Source: Oceanispirochaeta sp.
Lineage (GTDB): Bacteria; Spirochaetota; Spirochaetia; DSM-2461
DNA length: 64,000 nt
NCBI GenBank assembly: GCA_963666275.2
Contig: CAXXOA010000001.1
Coordinates: 160,001 to 224,000, forward strand
Reading direction: 5' to 3'
This document shows, piece by piece, positions 38,703 to 48,341 of this stretch (position 1 is its first letter; the number at the start of each line of letters is the position of its first letter). The notes beneath the pieces are model-generated. The model saw nothing but the letters and a program-made list of their open reading frames with translations, searched no databases and had not been told where the DNA came from. The position numbers and the translations under genes were made by a program.

Positions 38703-39652
38703 CCGCTACATTAAAAAATACAAGGAACTTTCTGTTTAACAACATCGTTCTTGTTGTATTCTTTTTTATGATAATTTTTGCTGGATTTTCATCCAGAAAT
38801 TTTTACACTTACACGAATATTATTAACATTCTTAACCAGGTTTCCTATCTTGGGATTATTGCCTGTGGTATGCTCTTTGTCATCTTAACTTCAGGAATAG
38901 ATCTCTCTGTCGGTTCTATTTTGGCGTTAAGCTCCATAATTATAGCTGTGAATCTGGAAAATCTGGGACATAGTCTTCCTTACAGTATTCTTTTAGCTGT
39001 ATTTGCGGGTGCAGCAGCAGGACTCATTTCAGGGTTTCTTGTTGCAAAAGCCAATATCGCTCCTTTTGTCGTAACTCTAGCCATGATGACAATAGGAAGG
39101 GGTGTTGCATTGATCATTTCAAAGGGAAGACCAATACTTGTATCAAATGATTTCCTGGCCAATTTTGCACTTATGGGAGTTTTGGGGATACCTGCTCCGG
39201 TAATTGTGCTAGCTGTTTTTGTAGTCTTTTCCTGGTTTATCCTTCAGAAAACTGTTATCGGTAGAATCATTATTGCTATAGGCAGCAATGAAACGGCAAC
39301 TGAGTATGCGGGAATCAAGGTCTCACTGTATAAGATCTTTGTATATGTCTATTCGGGAATTGCCTGTGGTATCAGTTCTATCATACTGGTTTCGAGGACT
39401 GGTGTCGGATCCCCCATCCTGGGAGAGGGACTTGAATTGGACACCATTGCCGCCGTTGTCATTGGTGGTGCCAGTCTGGCCGGTGGAAAAGGTAAAGTTC
39501 TCAATACTGTTCTGGGAGCTCTTATTCTTGGAATTATATCAAATATCATGAACCTGCTCGGCATTCCCGGATATAACCAGAGGGTTGTGAAAGGATTAAT
39601 CATTCTTGCGGCAGTTCTTGCAGAAAGTCTGAAATCAAAAAAATCCAACTAG
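38699..39652 (+). CDS. Sugar ABC transporter permease (RbsC-like)
   Basis: SGIDLSVGS, ELDTIAAVVIGGASL. Confidence 0.93.
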   Translation: MTATLKNTRNFLFNNIVLVVFFFMIIFAGFSSRNFYTYTNIINILNQVSYLGIIACGMLFVILTSGIDLSVGSILALSSIIIAVNLENLGHSLPYSILLAVFAGAAAGLISGFLVAKANIAPFVVTLAMMTIGRGVALIISKGRPILVSNDFLANFALMGVLGIPAPVIVLAVFVVFSWFILQKTVIGRIIIAIGSNETATEYAGIKVSLYKIFVYVYSGIACGISSIILVSRTGVGSPILGEGLELDTIAAVVIGGASLAGGKGKVLNTVLGALILGIISNIMNLLGIPGYNQRVVKGLIILAAVLAESLKSKKSN

Positions 39653-39676
39653 ATAAAAAAGTAAGGAGTCTAAATT

Positions 39677-40450
39677 ATGAATAATTTTTTGAATAACCTT
39701 TATAAACTTGAAGGCAAAACTGCCTATATCACCGGGGGAGCCCAGGGAATCGGCTATACCGTAGCAAAAGGTTTTGCCAACTGCGGTGTTAATATTGCCA
39801 TAGTTGATCAGAATCTTGAAAAGGCTGAGACAGTTGCCCAGGAGATTGAAAAACTCGGTGTTTCTTCAATTGCTGTGAAGGCAGATGTCACTTCCCAATC
39901 AGATGTCGATAAAATGATTGACACAATTGTAAAGAAATTCGGAAGTCTGGATATAGCGGTTAATAATGCAGGGATCGGGAAAAATGTAGAAAGTGAAAGC
40001 ATCGAATATGAGGACTGGCAGAAAGTTATTGATGTCAATCTGGCCGGTGTTTTTCTGACCGCAAGAGCAGCAGGCCGCTATATGATTTCCAAGGGTAAAG
40101 GTTCCATAATCAACACAGCTTCTATGTCAGGCCATATCGTTAATCGCCCTCAGCCTCAGAGTGCCTATAATGCGTCAAAAGCGGGCGTTATTATGCTGAC
40201 TAAATCTCTTGCCGTAGAATGGGCGTCAAAGGGTGTGAGGGTAAATTGTATCAGTCCCGGATATATTGAAACAGAATTGACTGTCCATCAGAAAAAAGAG
40301 TGGATTGATTCCTGGATGGATCAGAGTGTTATGCCAAGACTGGGACAGACTGAAGATCTGGTCGGTGCCTATCTTTATCTGGCAGGAGAGGCGTCTCTCT
40401 TTACTACAGGAACAGATATTGTTGTTGATGGCGGATTTACCTCTGTCTGA
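39677..40450 (+). CDS. SDR polyol dehydrogenase / ketose reductase
   Basis: TGGAQGIG, NNAG, SMSGHIVNRPQPQSAYNASK. Confidence 0.9.
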   Translation: MNNFLNNLYKLEGKTAYITGGAQGIGYTVAKGFANCGVNIAIVDQNLEKAETVAQEIEKLGVSSIAVKADVTSQSDVDKMIDTIVKKFGSLDIAVNNAGIGKNVESESIEYEDWQKVIDVNLAGVFLTARAAGRYMISKGKGSIINTASMSGHIVNRPQPQSAYNASKAGVIMLTKSLAVEWASKGVRVNCISPGYIETELTVHQKKEWIDSWMDQSVMPRLGQTEDLVGAYLYLAGEASLFTTGTDIVVDGGFTSV

Positions 40451-40470
40451 CAGTTACCCGGGAGTTCTAA

Positions 40471-41505
40471 ATGAAAGCTTTATATTTACTTGAAAAAGGA
40501 AAACTATCCATTGACGAATATTCAGAAGAATCTATCTTGGGTACTGATGATGTAAAAATCAGAATTGAGAAGGTTGGTATCTGTGGTAGTGATATCCACT
40601 ATTATAAGAACGGGCGTATTGGACAATACATTGTCAATCAGCCCATGATATTGGGGCATGAAGCATCAGGAACAGTGATTGAGGTTGGGAAAAATGTATC
40701 AAATCTAGCTGTCGGCGACAGAGTTTGTATGGAACCGGGAATCCCTGACTTTAAGTCACGGTCCACTCTCATCGGCGCCTATAATCTTGATCCTGCATTA
40801 ACTTTCTGGGCAACACCGCCGGTTCATGGATGTCTGAGAGAAACTGTTATTCATCCGGCTTCTCTGACATTTAAGCTGCCCGATCATATGAGTTTTGAAG
40901 AGGGCGCAATGGTAGAACCTCTTGCTATCGGTATGCAGGCATCTGTTAAAGCTGAAATCAAGCCTGGTGATATTGCGCTTGTAACAGGAGCAGGGACAAT
41001 TGGACTTATGTCTGCGCTGTCTCTTCTGGCAGGCGGATGTTCTCAGGTTGTTATCACGGATATCTCAGAGAAGAAGCTTAAAATCGCTGGCGCTTTTGAA
41101 GGTTTGATACCGGTTAACAGTAATGAAAAAAATCTTTCAGAAATAAAAAATGAGTTTACAGATAACTGGGGATTTGATGTTGTTGTTGAAGCCAGTGGTT
41201 CCAAATCCCTGTATCCATCGGTGATCCGGGTCTGTGCTCCTCTTGGAAGATTTGTCATGGTAGGAATTCCTTCTGAAGCAGTACCTATTGACGTCTCGGA
41301 CGCTCAGGTTCGGGAAGTTGAGATAAGGGCGGTGAACAGATACTGCAACGTCTATAACCGGGCAATAAATCTGATTGCATCTGGAAAAATTGATGTAAAG
41401 AAAATGATTGGAAAAACTTTTTCCTTAGATGAAGCGATACAGGCCTATGAGTACGTTTCATCCGGTGGAGAGGGAGAAGTTAAAGTAATGATCAGTTTAA
41501 GCTGA
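40471..41505 (+). CDS. Zn-dependent polyol dehydrogenase (xylitol/sorbitol dehydrogenase-like)
   Basis: [31 protein letters not shown]. Confidence 0.9.
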   Translation: MKALYLLEKGKLSIDEYSEESILGTDDVKIRIEKVGICGSDIHYYKNGRIGQYIVNQPMILGHEASGTVIEVGKNVSNLAVGDRVCMEPGIPDFKSRSTLIGAYNLDPALTFWATPPVHGCLRETVIHPASLTFKLPDHMSFEEGAMVEPLAIGMQASVKAEIKPGDIALVTGAGTIGLMSALSLLAGGCSQVVITDISEKKLKIAGAFEGLIPVNSNEKNLSEIKNEFTDNWGFDVVVEASGSKSLYPSVIRVCAPLGRFVMVGIPSEAVPIDVSDAQVREVEIRAVNRYCNVYNRAINLIASGKIDVKKMIGKTFSLDEAIQAYEYVSSGGEGEVKVMISLS

Positions 41506-41559
41506 CATTGAATCAATATTATTGAAATAAGTTATTAAAATATTGGGGAGAAAAGTTAA

Positions 41560-42426
41560 ATGAAGCATGGAATATATTACGCATTCTGGGAACAGGAATG
41601 GGATGGCGATTATATACACTATATAAAAAAAGTATCAAAAATCGGATTTGATATTCTGGAAATAGCAGCACACCAGATCCTGAACTATTCTGATAGTCAG
41701 CTTTCAGATATAAGGAAATGTGCTGAAGATCATAATATACAGCTTACTGCTGGAATTGGTCCGACTATAGATAGAAATCTTTCATCAGCGGATGATTCTG
41801 TGAGAGAAGCAGGAAGAGAGTACTTTAAAAATACTCTGCAGCAGATTGCAAAGTTAGATATAAGTATAATTGGAGGAGCTCTGTATTCCTATTGGCCGAT
41901 TGATTATACAAAACCTGTAGACAAAGAGGGTGATCGGGCCCGTGGAATTAAAGAGATTCGGGAGCTGGCAGATTATGCCAAAGGTTTGGGAATAAACCTC
42001 TGTTTGGAAGTTCTAAACCGCTTTGAAAATCATATTCTTAACACCGCAGAAGAAGGTGTCGCCTATGTCAAGGAAGTGGGAAAAGACAATGTGAAAGTGA
42101 TGCTTGATACATTTCACATGAACATTGAAGAGGATAGTATTTCCGGTGCCATACGGACTGCCGGTTCTCTTTTGGGACATTTCCATACAGGTGAGTGCAA
42201 TAGAAAAGTCCCCGGGAAAGGAAGAACTCCCTGGAGAGAAATCGGAGAAGCCTTAAGGGATATAAACTATGATGGTGGGGTTGTGATGGAACCTTTTGTT
42301 AAGATGGGGGGCACCGTCGGAAATGACATCAAGGTTTGGAGAGACCTCAGCAATGGCGCTGATGAAAGTGTTCTGGATAAAGCAGCCTCGGATGCCTTGA
42401 TCTTTTCCCGGTATATGATGGACTAG
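41560..42426 (+). CDS. dpe: D-psicose (allulose)/D-tagatose 3-epimerase
   Basis: MKHGIYYAFWEQEW, LEVLNRFE, MLDTFHMNIEE, HFHTGECNRKVPG, MEPFV, IKVWRDL. Confidence 0.92.
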   Translation: MKHGIYYAFWEQEWDGDYIHYIKKVSKIGFDILEIAAHQILNYSDSQLSDIRKCAEDHNIQLTAGIGPTIDRNLSSADDSVREAGREYFKNTLQQIAKLDISIIGGALYSYWPIDYTKPVDKEGDRARGIKEIRELADYAKGLGINLCLEVLNRFENHILNTAEEGVAYVKEVGKDNVKVMLDTFHMNIEEDSISGAIRTAGSLLGHFHTGECNRKVPGKGRTPWREIGEALRDINYDGGVVMEPFVKMGGTVGNDIKVWRDLSNGADESVLDKAASDALIFSRYMMD

Positions 42427-42497
42427 CTCCGGAACAAATCCACAACTAACATTAGATTGCCCTGTTCCGGAAGGAAAAAAATGACAATGAGGAAATT

Positions 42498-43823
42498 ATG
42501 TATATTCTCGGTATAGATATAGGTACGACAAAAATTGCCGGAGTCTTGCTTGAGGTTCCAGAAAGCAGAATTGTAAAAGTAATCTCAATGAATACTGATG
42601 CGAATCTTTCTTCACAGTTTGAATGGGAGAAAACTCAGGATCCATCTCTGATTATTAAACATGCTCACTCGATAATTTCTGAACTCAAAGAATCTGTTAA
42701 TGAGAAAGTGGCCTGTATTGGAATTAGCAGCCAGATGCATGGTTTCCTTTATGTCAGTAATGAAGGCGGGTCTTTGAGTCCGCTTTATACCTGGCAGGAT
42801 AACAGAGCTGCAATTCCAACTGGTGATTCGGGAGAATCTGTTCAGAGAATTATAAAGAGTAAAACTGGAAAGGAAATCTATTCCGGTTATGCCCTGGCAA
42901 CTCACTATTATAATACTATTAACGGGAAAGACCCGGATCAGCCCTATCAGATTGTATCCATAGGGGGATTTCTGGGTATGCAGCTCTGTGGGTTGAAGAC
43001 TGCTTTCATTGATCCGAGTGAAGCAGCCAGTTTCGGGTTGTATGATCTGGAGAAGAAAGATTTTTTTCTTGATGATCTGAAGGCTCTTTGGGGGAATGTT
43101 GATTTTCTTCCCCAGAGAGTTCCTTTTTTTGCTCGGATCGGATTTGATGGGGACGGCATCCCTGTATTTCAGTCAATGGGAGATAATCAGGCCAGTTTTT
43201 ACGGGGCCATGCAGGGTAGGGATGAAAAGCTATTATTAAACCTGGGGACAGGAGGGCAGGTTTCTCTATTATCAGATCAGATCCCTTCCAGCTTAAAAGG
43301 ATTGGAAGTAAGGCCTTATCCTGAAAAAAATCTTATCGTAGGGTCTACTCTGGCAGGGGGGAAGTCTTTCGATCTTCTTGTAGATTTTTTCAGTGAAGTG
43401 CTGTCTTTTTTTGGAAAACCCATGGCTAAAAGCGATATGTTCCGTATTATCGACTCACTGGAATCTACTGATCCGGTTAATCCTTTAATTGTTAACCCCT
43501 ATTTTAACGGAACGAGACTGGATCCTGCAATCAGAGGATCTATTACAAACATTGATCTTGATAATCTTACAACCAGTAATCTTCTTTCAGGTTTTGCTGT
43601 AGCTATGGTAAAAGAGCTTAAAGATCTTCTCCATGTGAACAATCTGGATCAGGCTGCTACGATATCCCGTATTGTAGGTTCAGGGAATGGTATTAGAAGG
43701 AATCCTTTAGTTTGTCGGACAATTGAAGACTTTTTTCAATGCGAACTTTATAAATCCGATCTTAAAGAAGAAGCTGCCTGCGGTGCTGCATTCTATGCAT
43801 TCTATAGTTTGGAGAAACTTTGA
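42498..43823 (+). CDS. FGGY carbohydrate kinase, sedoheptulokinase-like
   Basis: GIDIGTT, SQMHG, TWQD, GDNQAS, NLGTGGQVS, GSGNG. Confidence 0.82.
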   Translation: MYILGIDIGTTKIAGVLLEVPESRIVKVISMNTDANLSSQFEWEKTQDPSLIIKHAHSIISELKESVNEKVACIGISSQMHGFLYVSNEGGSLSPLYTWQDNRAAIPTGDSGESVQRIIKSKTGKEIYSGYALATHYYNTINGKDPDQPYQIVSIGGFLGMQLCGLKTAFIDPSEAASFGLYDLEKKDFFLDDLKALWGNVDFLPQRVPFFARIGFDGDGIPVFQSMGDNQASFYGAMQGRDEKLLLNLGTGGQVSLLSDQIPSSLKGLEVRPYPEKNLIVGSTLAGGKSFDLLVDFFSEVLSFFGKPMAKSDMFRIIDSLESTDPVNPLIVNPYFNGTRLDPAIRGSITNIDLDNLTTSNLLSGFAVAMVKELKDLLHVNNLDQAATISRIVGSGNGIRRNPLVCRTIEDFFQCELYKSDLKEEAACGAAFYAFYSLEKL

Positions 43824-43860
43824 TGCTTTCCGGATGTGACCTTTAGTCCATAGTATTCAT

Positions 43861-43995
43861 TCCAAATTCGGTAAGACCGCCGTGAAAACAGTGTGCCCCC
43901 CCGACGGTATGGATTATCTGATCACCGACAGGGATCTGGCTGTGGATTATCGGGAGTATTTCAGGGGGGCAGGGACTGAGCTGGTGTGTACGTGA
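43861..43995 (+). pseudogene. Direct repeat copy 2: orphan DeoR 3' fragment
   Basis: Encodes SKFGKTAVKTVCPPDGMDYLITDRDLAVDYREYFRGAGTELVCT* with no start codon. Confidence 0.93.
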
Positions 43996-43999
43996 TTAC

Positions 44000-46408
44000 C
44001 TATCTTTCATTCTTCTCCTTTTCATTTTGAGGAAAATTATCGGTTTTTACCTCTCTGAAAACCTGCAGGGCCTTATCAATTTCTTGCCGGGTGTGAGTCG
44101 CCATAAGCGTTATGCGCAGAAGTTCGCTTCCTTTGGGGACAGCCGGGGATACCACAGGATTCACAAAGACACCCCGGTCGAAAAGTTTCCTGTACAGAGC
44201 GAAGGTGAGTAGTTCATCCCTACAGTAAAGAGGTATGATCGCTCCTTCGCTGCGGGTCACTTCATAGCCCAGGGATGCCAGCGAGTCCGCCATATAGGCT
44301 GTGTTCTGGATCAGTATTAGTCTCTGTTCTTCCTCTCTGCCTATAATTTCAAGAGCTTTGGATACAGCTCCGATAAGGGGAGGTGCCAGACTGGCTGAAA
44401 AGATATGGCCCCGGGACTCATGTTTCAGAGTGGCAATGAGGCTGTTGTCAGAGGCTATAAATCCCCCCTGGGCAGCCAGTGATTTACTGAAGGTTCCCAT
44501 AAGAACATCAATCCTTTCAGAAAGCCCTTCCCTGGCAGCCAGACCTGCTCCCCGCGGGCCTATGACTCCGATTGCATGGGATTCATCAATCATCAACCGG
44601 GCATGGTACTCTTCTTTCAGTGATACAAGTTTTTTCAGGGGCACAGTTGTTCCTTCCATGCTGAAAAGACTGTCTGTGACAATTAAGAGAGAGCTTCCCC
44701 GGTGCTCCCTGAGTTTTTTCTCCAGAGAGGCCATGTCTGTATGTTTATAGCGTATCAGCCTTGCACGGGACAGCAGAACCCCATCGATCAGGCTGGCATG
44801 GCATCTTTCGTCCATCAGAACAACAACCCCCGGCTTCGCCAGGGTAGACAGGGCTCCCAGATTGGCCTGGTAGCCCGTACTGTATAGAAGAGCATCTTCC
44901 TTGCCTGTATACTCTGCCAGAGCTCCCGCCAGTTTCTGATGAATATCCAATGTTCCGTTCAGAAGGGGAGAGCCTGAACATCCCGTACCGTATCTGCTTA
45001 TGGCTTCCCGGGCAGCATCCCGGACTTCTTTTCTTGCGGCCAGACCTCTGTAGGAGTTTGATCCCATCATGAGGATCCTTCTGCCCTTATAGAAAACCTC
45101 TGGAGTCTGGGCACTTTCAAATTCAGGGAAAAAGGTATAGAGATTCAGAAATTTCAGAATATGGGAGCGGCTGAAACTGTAGAGTCTCTCAAAAGGATCA
45201 GGTCGGGAGGGCTCGGGGCTTGGAGAGGAGGCTTCCTTTTCCAGGTCAGTTCCCGGGTATGCCACTTCTTTGAAGCTGCTGTGACTAGTGATGGTCCGGG
45301 GAATAGAATCTTCCAGATATTTCTGAATCCCCCGGGTTGTTTCCGGATCTCTCCAGCTTTTGACATAGTAGGTCTGAGGAATCAGACGGCATCCCATGAG
45401 CTGTTTGAAATCGTAGGAGGTAATTCCCAGGTTTATCCTCTCCTTTCCCCGTCTGAATCCCTCCTCCAGTATTTTCAGATTCAGGATAAAATAGCTGTTT
45501 CTGCTCTGAGAGTACTCATAGTCCAGACCGACATAGGAACAGAAAAGTTCTTCCGGTGTTTCGTGGATCAGTGAGAAGCCGAGCAGCTTTTCTTTTTCAA
45601 ACAGACCCAGAATGAAAGAATCGGTGCCGGGGGTGTCCTGGAGCCGGGCAAAATAGGGAGCTGTCAGTTTTTCATGGTGATAGTCGCTGCGCGATTCCAC
45701 TTCATTCCATTGCTCCAGGAGCTGGGGAATATAGTGGTCCCACCGGGTAAGGAGACGAACCTCCATACCGTAGGTATCCAGTTTCCTGAGTTTTTTCCGG
45801 AATTCCTTCCGCCGCCCGGGTTTCAGTGTGTCATAGTATTCTTCAAAACTCCCCCAATGGAGATCGAGTACCGCCAGGGGATAACCCCGGAGGGGCAGGA
45901 AGCCCCTCTTTTTCATCTCCCTCATCTGCTCTGCTGCTGATTCGGGTACGTCCCTCACAAGAATAATGTCTGCTCCATTGTCCAGGGCAAGCTCTTCCAG
46001 CGCCCGGGTGAGATTCGTCATGAATGTGTGAGGTTCTCCTCCGGATCTATGGAACCCTTTACCCAGAGCGGTTAGAAAACCGCATTCCAGTACTTTGATC
46101 TGCATGATTCCGGGATACCACTGGTTCAGAACTTTATAGACCGATTCCGGATGGTCCCGGTCAAAATGGGAAAAATCCATGGTCAGAGTGTAGGCCACGG
46201 CCAGCCCTGCCAGGTCTTTCCCGTTGGTATGGAATATCAGGTAATAGGGATCCTCTTCATAGAGGGATGAGTCTTCCAATGCCTGTAGAAAGGACCGGTT
46301 GAATCCGAAGATTGCGGGATCTGAAAGTTTGTTCCATACTTCCGGAGGGATTTGGGATATCTTCCTGCAAATACTGAATGTGAGTTTTTTCTGTTCTAAG
46401 GTTTTCAT
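44000..46408 (-). CDS. Fusion of a GNAT/FemAB-like acyltransferase domain and a PLP alpha-oxoamine synthase (SPT/BioF family); BioF2-like architecture
   Basis: N-half: YVGLDY, INLGITSYDFKQLMGC; C-half: GSNSY, GTGCSGSPLLNGT, HASL, FSMEG, DESH, GTFSKS. Confidence 0.85.
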   Translation of the reverse strand: MKTLEQKKLTFSICRKISQIPPEVWNKLSDPAIFGFNRSFLQALEDSSLYEEDPYYLIFHTNGKDLAGLAVAYTLTMDFSHFDRDHPESVYKVLNQWYPGIMQIKVLECGFLTALGKGFHRSGGEPHTFMTNLTRALEELALDNGADIILVRDVPESAAEQMREMKKRGFLPLRGYPLAVLDLHWGSFEEYYDTLKPGRRKEFRKKLRKLDTYGMEVRLLTRWDHYIPQLLEQWNEVESRSDYHHEKLTAPYFARLQDTPGTDSFILGLFEKEKLLGFSLIHETPEELFCSYVGLDYEYSQSRNSYFILNLKILEEGFRRGKERINLGITSYDFKQLMGCRLIPQTYYVKSWRDPETTRGIQKYLEDSIPRTITSHSSFKEVAYPGTDLEKEASSPSPEPSRPDPFERLYSFSRSHILKFLNLYTFFPEFESAQTPEVFYKGRRILMMGSNSYRGLAARKEVRDAAREAISRYGTGCSGSPLLNGTLDIHQKLAGALAEYTGKEDALLYSTGYQANLGALSTLAKPGVVVLMDERCHASLIDGVLLSRARLIRYKHTDMASLEKKLREHRGSSLLIVTDSLFSMEGTTVPLKKLVSLKEEYHARLMIDESHAIGVIGPRGAGLAAREGLSERIDVLMGTFSKSLAAQGGFIASDNSLIATLKHESRGHIFSASLAPPLIGAVSKALEIIGREEEQRLILIQNTAYMADSLASLGYEVTRSEGAIIPLYCRDELLTFALYRKLFDRGVFVNPVVSPAVPKGSELLRITLMATHTRQEIDKALQVFREVKTDNFPQNEKEKNER

Positions 46409-46756
46409 TCTATACTCTCCTTATAGTAAATGAAAGTATATCATTAAGATGCGTCAGGGCTGTTCTGTCCGATAAGCTGGAACCGTATATCATGTTCCCA
46501 TCCTGTCCCCGTAGAGTCAGACTGCCCCAGCAGGTCATTTTCTTGAAGACTGTCAAAAAAGAGATTCTGCCGGAAATTCTGATCTTGAAGTTCCCGGGAC
46601 AGTACGCAGAAGACCAGATTGCATGCTTTTACCAGACATCTTTTTGTTCATTTAAAAAAACCATACAACTTAGTTGCAAGATTGGGTAAATATGTATTGA
46701 TTTCTCCTTTATGAATGCTAAAGTAGATTAACTTTCAAACCTATTAGGAGGGATCT

Positions 46757-47722
46757 ATGAAGAAAGTAATCTGGTATCTGCTGATTTTAGTTTTTGTTAT
46801 TGAAGGAGTTTCTGCCAACGGGCAGTCGGATAGCGTCAATGTAGAGGACTGGCCGGAAAATCCAGTAACCGTCATCTGCCCCTGGGCTGTAGGAGGGGTT
46901 GCGGACATGGTTAACAGAAAAGCGGCCACTTTTGGCGAAGAGTATCTGGGAGTTCCGATTCTGGCTACCAATGAGTTAGGGGCCGGAGGAAATGTGGCCT
47001 TAACAAATTACCTGAAAAACGGGCCGAATTCTGAAAATCTGATTTTCGGAGGGGAAGGAGCCTTCTCTATTGCCCCCAATCTTGATGGATCCGATGCCAT
47101 CCGTTTCACCTATGATGATTACGAACCTGTGATCAATCTCTACTCTTCCATATTTGTTCTGACAGCGGATGTTTCCTTAGGCATTCAGGATCTGGATTCT
47201 CTCAAAGAATACGGCAAAGGGAAAAAAGTGAAAGTGGCTGTTAACGGGATTGCCGGCTCCGAAGCGTTCCTGGCAAAGGCTCTGTTCAAAGAACTGGGTG
47301 TAGAACTGGAACTTGTAAGTTACAACGGGGCGAACCTGGCTCTGGATGCGGCTGCCAAAGGGGAAACCAGTTTTGCCATTTCCCATCAGTCTCAGGCAAA
47401 GGGGAGTGTTGAGGGAGGAATCCTGACTCCTGTGGTTATGTTCGACCAGGAAGGGGTGAACAATGCCATTTTCAAAAATGTAAAAGGCGTTGGTGAATAC
47501 GGCTATAATACCTATTTCAGAAACAGGTGCTTTATCATGGCCAGGAAAGGAACGGATCCCCAGGTGATCTCAAAAGTCAAAAATGCCTATCTGACCATTC
47601 TCAATGAACCGGAGATTATCGATTTCTATAAATCGCTCATGATTGAAATTGATCCTCTGGATCAGACTGCCATGGACAAGCATGTCTCTGATGTAGCTGA
47701 TATCGTAAAAAATAATCTTTAA
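46757..47722 (+). CDS. Tripartite tricarboxylate transporter substrate-binding protein (TctC/Bug)
   Basis: WPENPVTVICPWAVGGVAD, GAGGNVA; signal peptide. Confidence 0.88.
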   Translation: MKKVIWYLLILVFVIEGVSANGQSDSVNVEDWPENPVTVICPWAVGGVADMVNRKAATFGEEYLGVPILATNELGAGGNVALTNYLKNGPNSENLIFGGEGAFSIAPNLDGSDAIRFTYDDYEPVINLYSSIFVLTADVSLGIQDLDSLKEYGKGKKVKVAVNGIAGSEAFLAKALFKELGVELELVSYNGANLALDAAAKGETSFAISHQSQAKGSVEGGILTPVVMFDQEGVNNAIFKNVKGVGEYGYNTYFRNRCFIMARKGTDPQVISKVKNAYLTILNEPEIIDFYKSLMIEIDPLDQTAMDKHVSDVADIVKNNL

Positions 47723-47785
47723 ATATGTTCATCCGATGCAGCCTGGATTTTATTCCGGGCTGTATCCGGAAAAAGAGGTAATTGC

Positions 47786-48328
47786 ATGAACCTGAAAAGC
47801 TCCGGAAAGAGAGAGTTGGGGCTCTTTGTCAAACTGGACCGGATTTATGAAAGGATTGAATACAAACTGCAGAAAAGGATATTGCGGATCTATCCATCCA
47901 TTGCGGGCCCGCTTTTATTTGTGATCCTTTCTCTGCTTATCATTTTTCTGATGCCCTCCCAGATCAGGATTGTGGATGGACAGATGATTACCGCCAGAAC
48001 TTTTCCGTTCTCTCTGGCTGTGGTGATGCTGGGAGGATCGGTTCTCATCCTTTTGAGGGAACTTGTCAAAGTGTTCAGAAAGGTTCCCCTCGAAACAGTT
48101 GAGTTCCATCTTCTGACAGAGCTTCGCGCTTTCATACTGCTTCTGGATCTGATTGTCTATGCCCTTTTAATGCCCCTCATCGGATTTATTGCCAGTTCTG
48201 TGGTTTTCGGGGTTCTGATGCTTCTCTATTTCAGGATTAAAAACTGGAAATATTATGCCCTGGTATCAGGTTCCGCCATTTTGATAGGAGCTCTTTTTAA
48301 ATACCTCCTGCATGTCAGATTACCCTAA
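47786..48328 (+). CDS. TTT small permease (TctB)
   Basis: Four or five TM helices, GFIASS, LHVRLP C-terminus. Confidence 0.82.
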   Translation: MNLKSSGKRELGLFVKLDRIYERIEYKLQKRILRIYPSIAGPLLFVILSLLIIFLMPSQIRIVDGQMITARTFPFSLAVVMLGGSVLILLRELVKVFRKVPLETVEFHLLTELRAFILLLDLIVYALLMPLIGFIASSVVFGVLMLLYFRIKNWKYYALVSGSAILIGALFKYLLHVRLP

Positions 48329-48341
48329 TGAAGGAATGTTT

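Larger units (their letters stand above)
34673..43860. mobile_element. AT-rich catabolic island flanked by direct repeats (no integrase seen)
   Basis: Visibly AT-richer codon usage than the flanks; bounded by the duplicated DeoR 3' end. Confidence 0.7.

Noticed and set aside
46444..46646. Start-less minus-strand open frame (LVKACNLVFCVLSRELQDQ...) and the + strand 65-aa ORF upstream of the GNAT-AOS gene
   Set aside because: No RBS or recognisable homology; it may be a decayed remnant but I cannot support that
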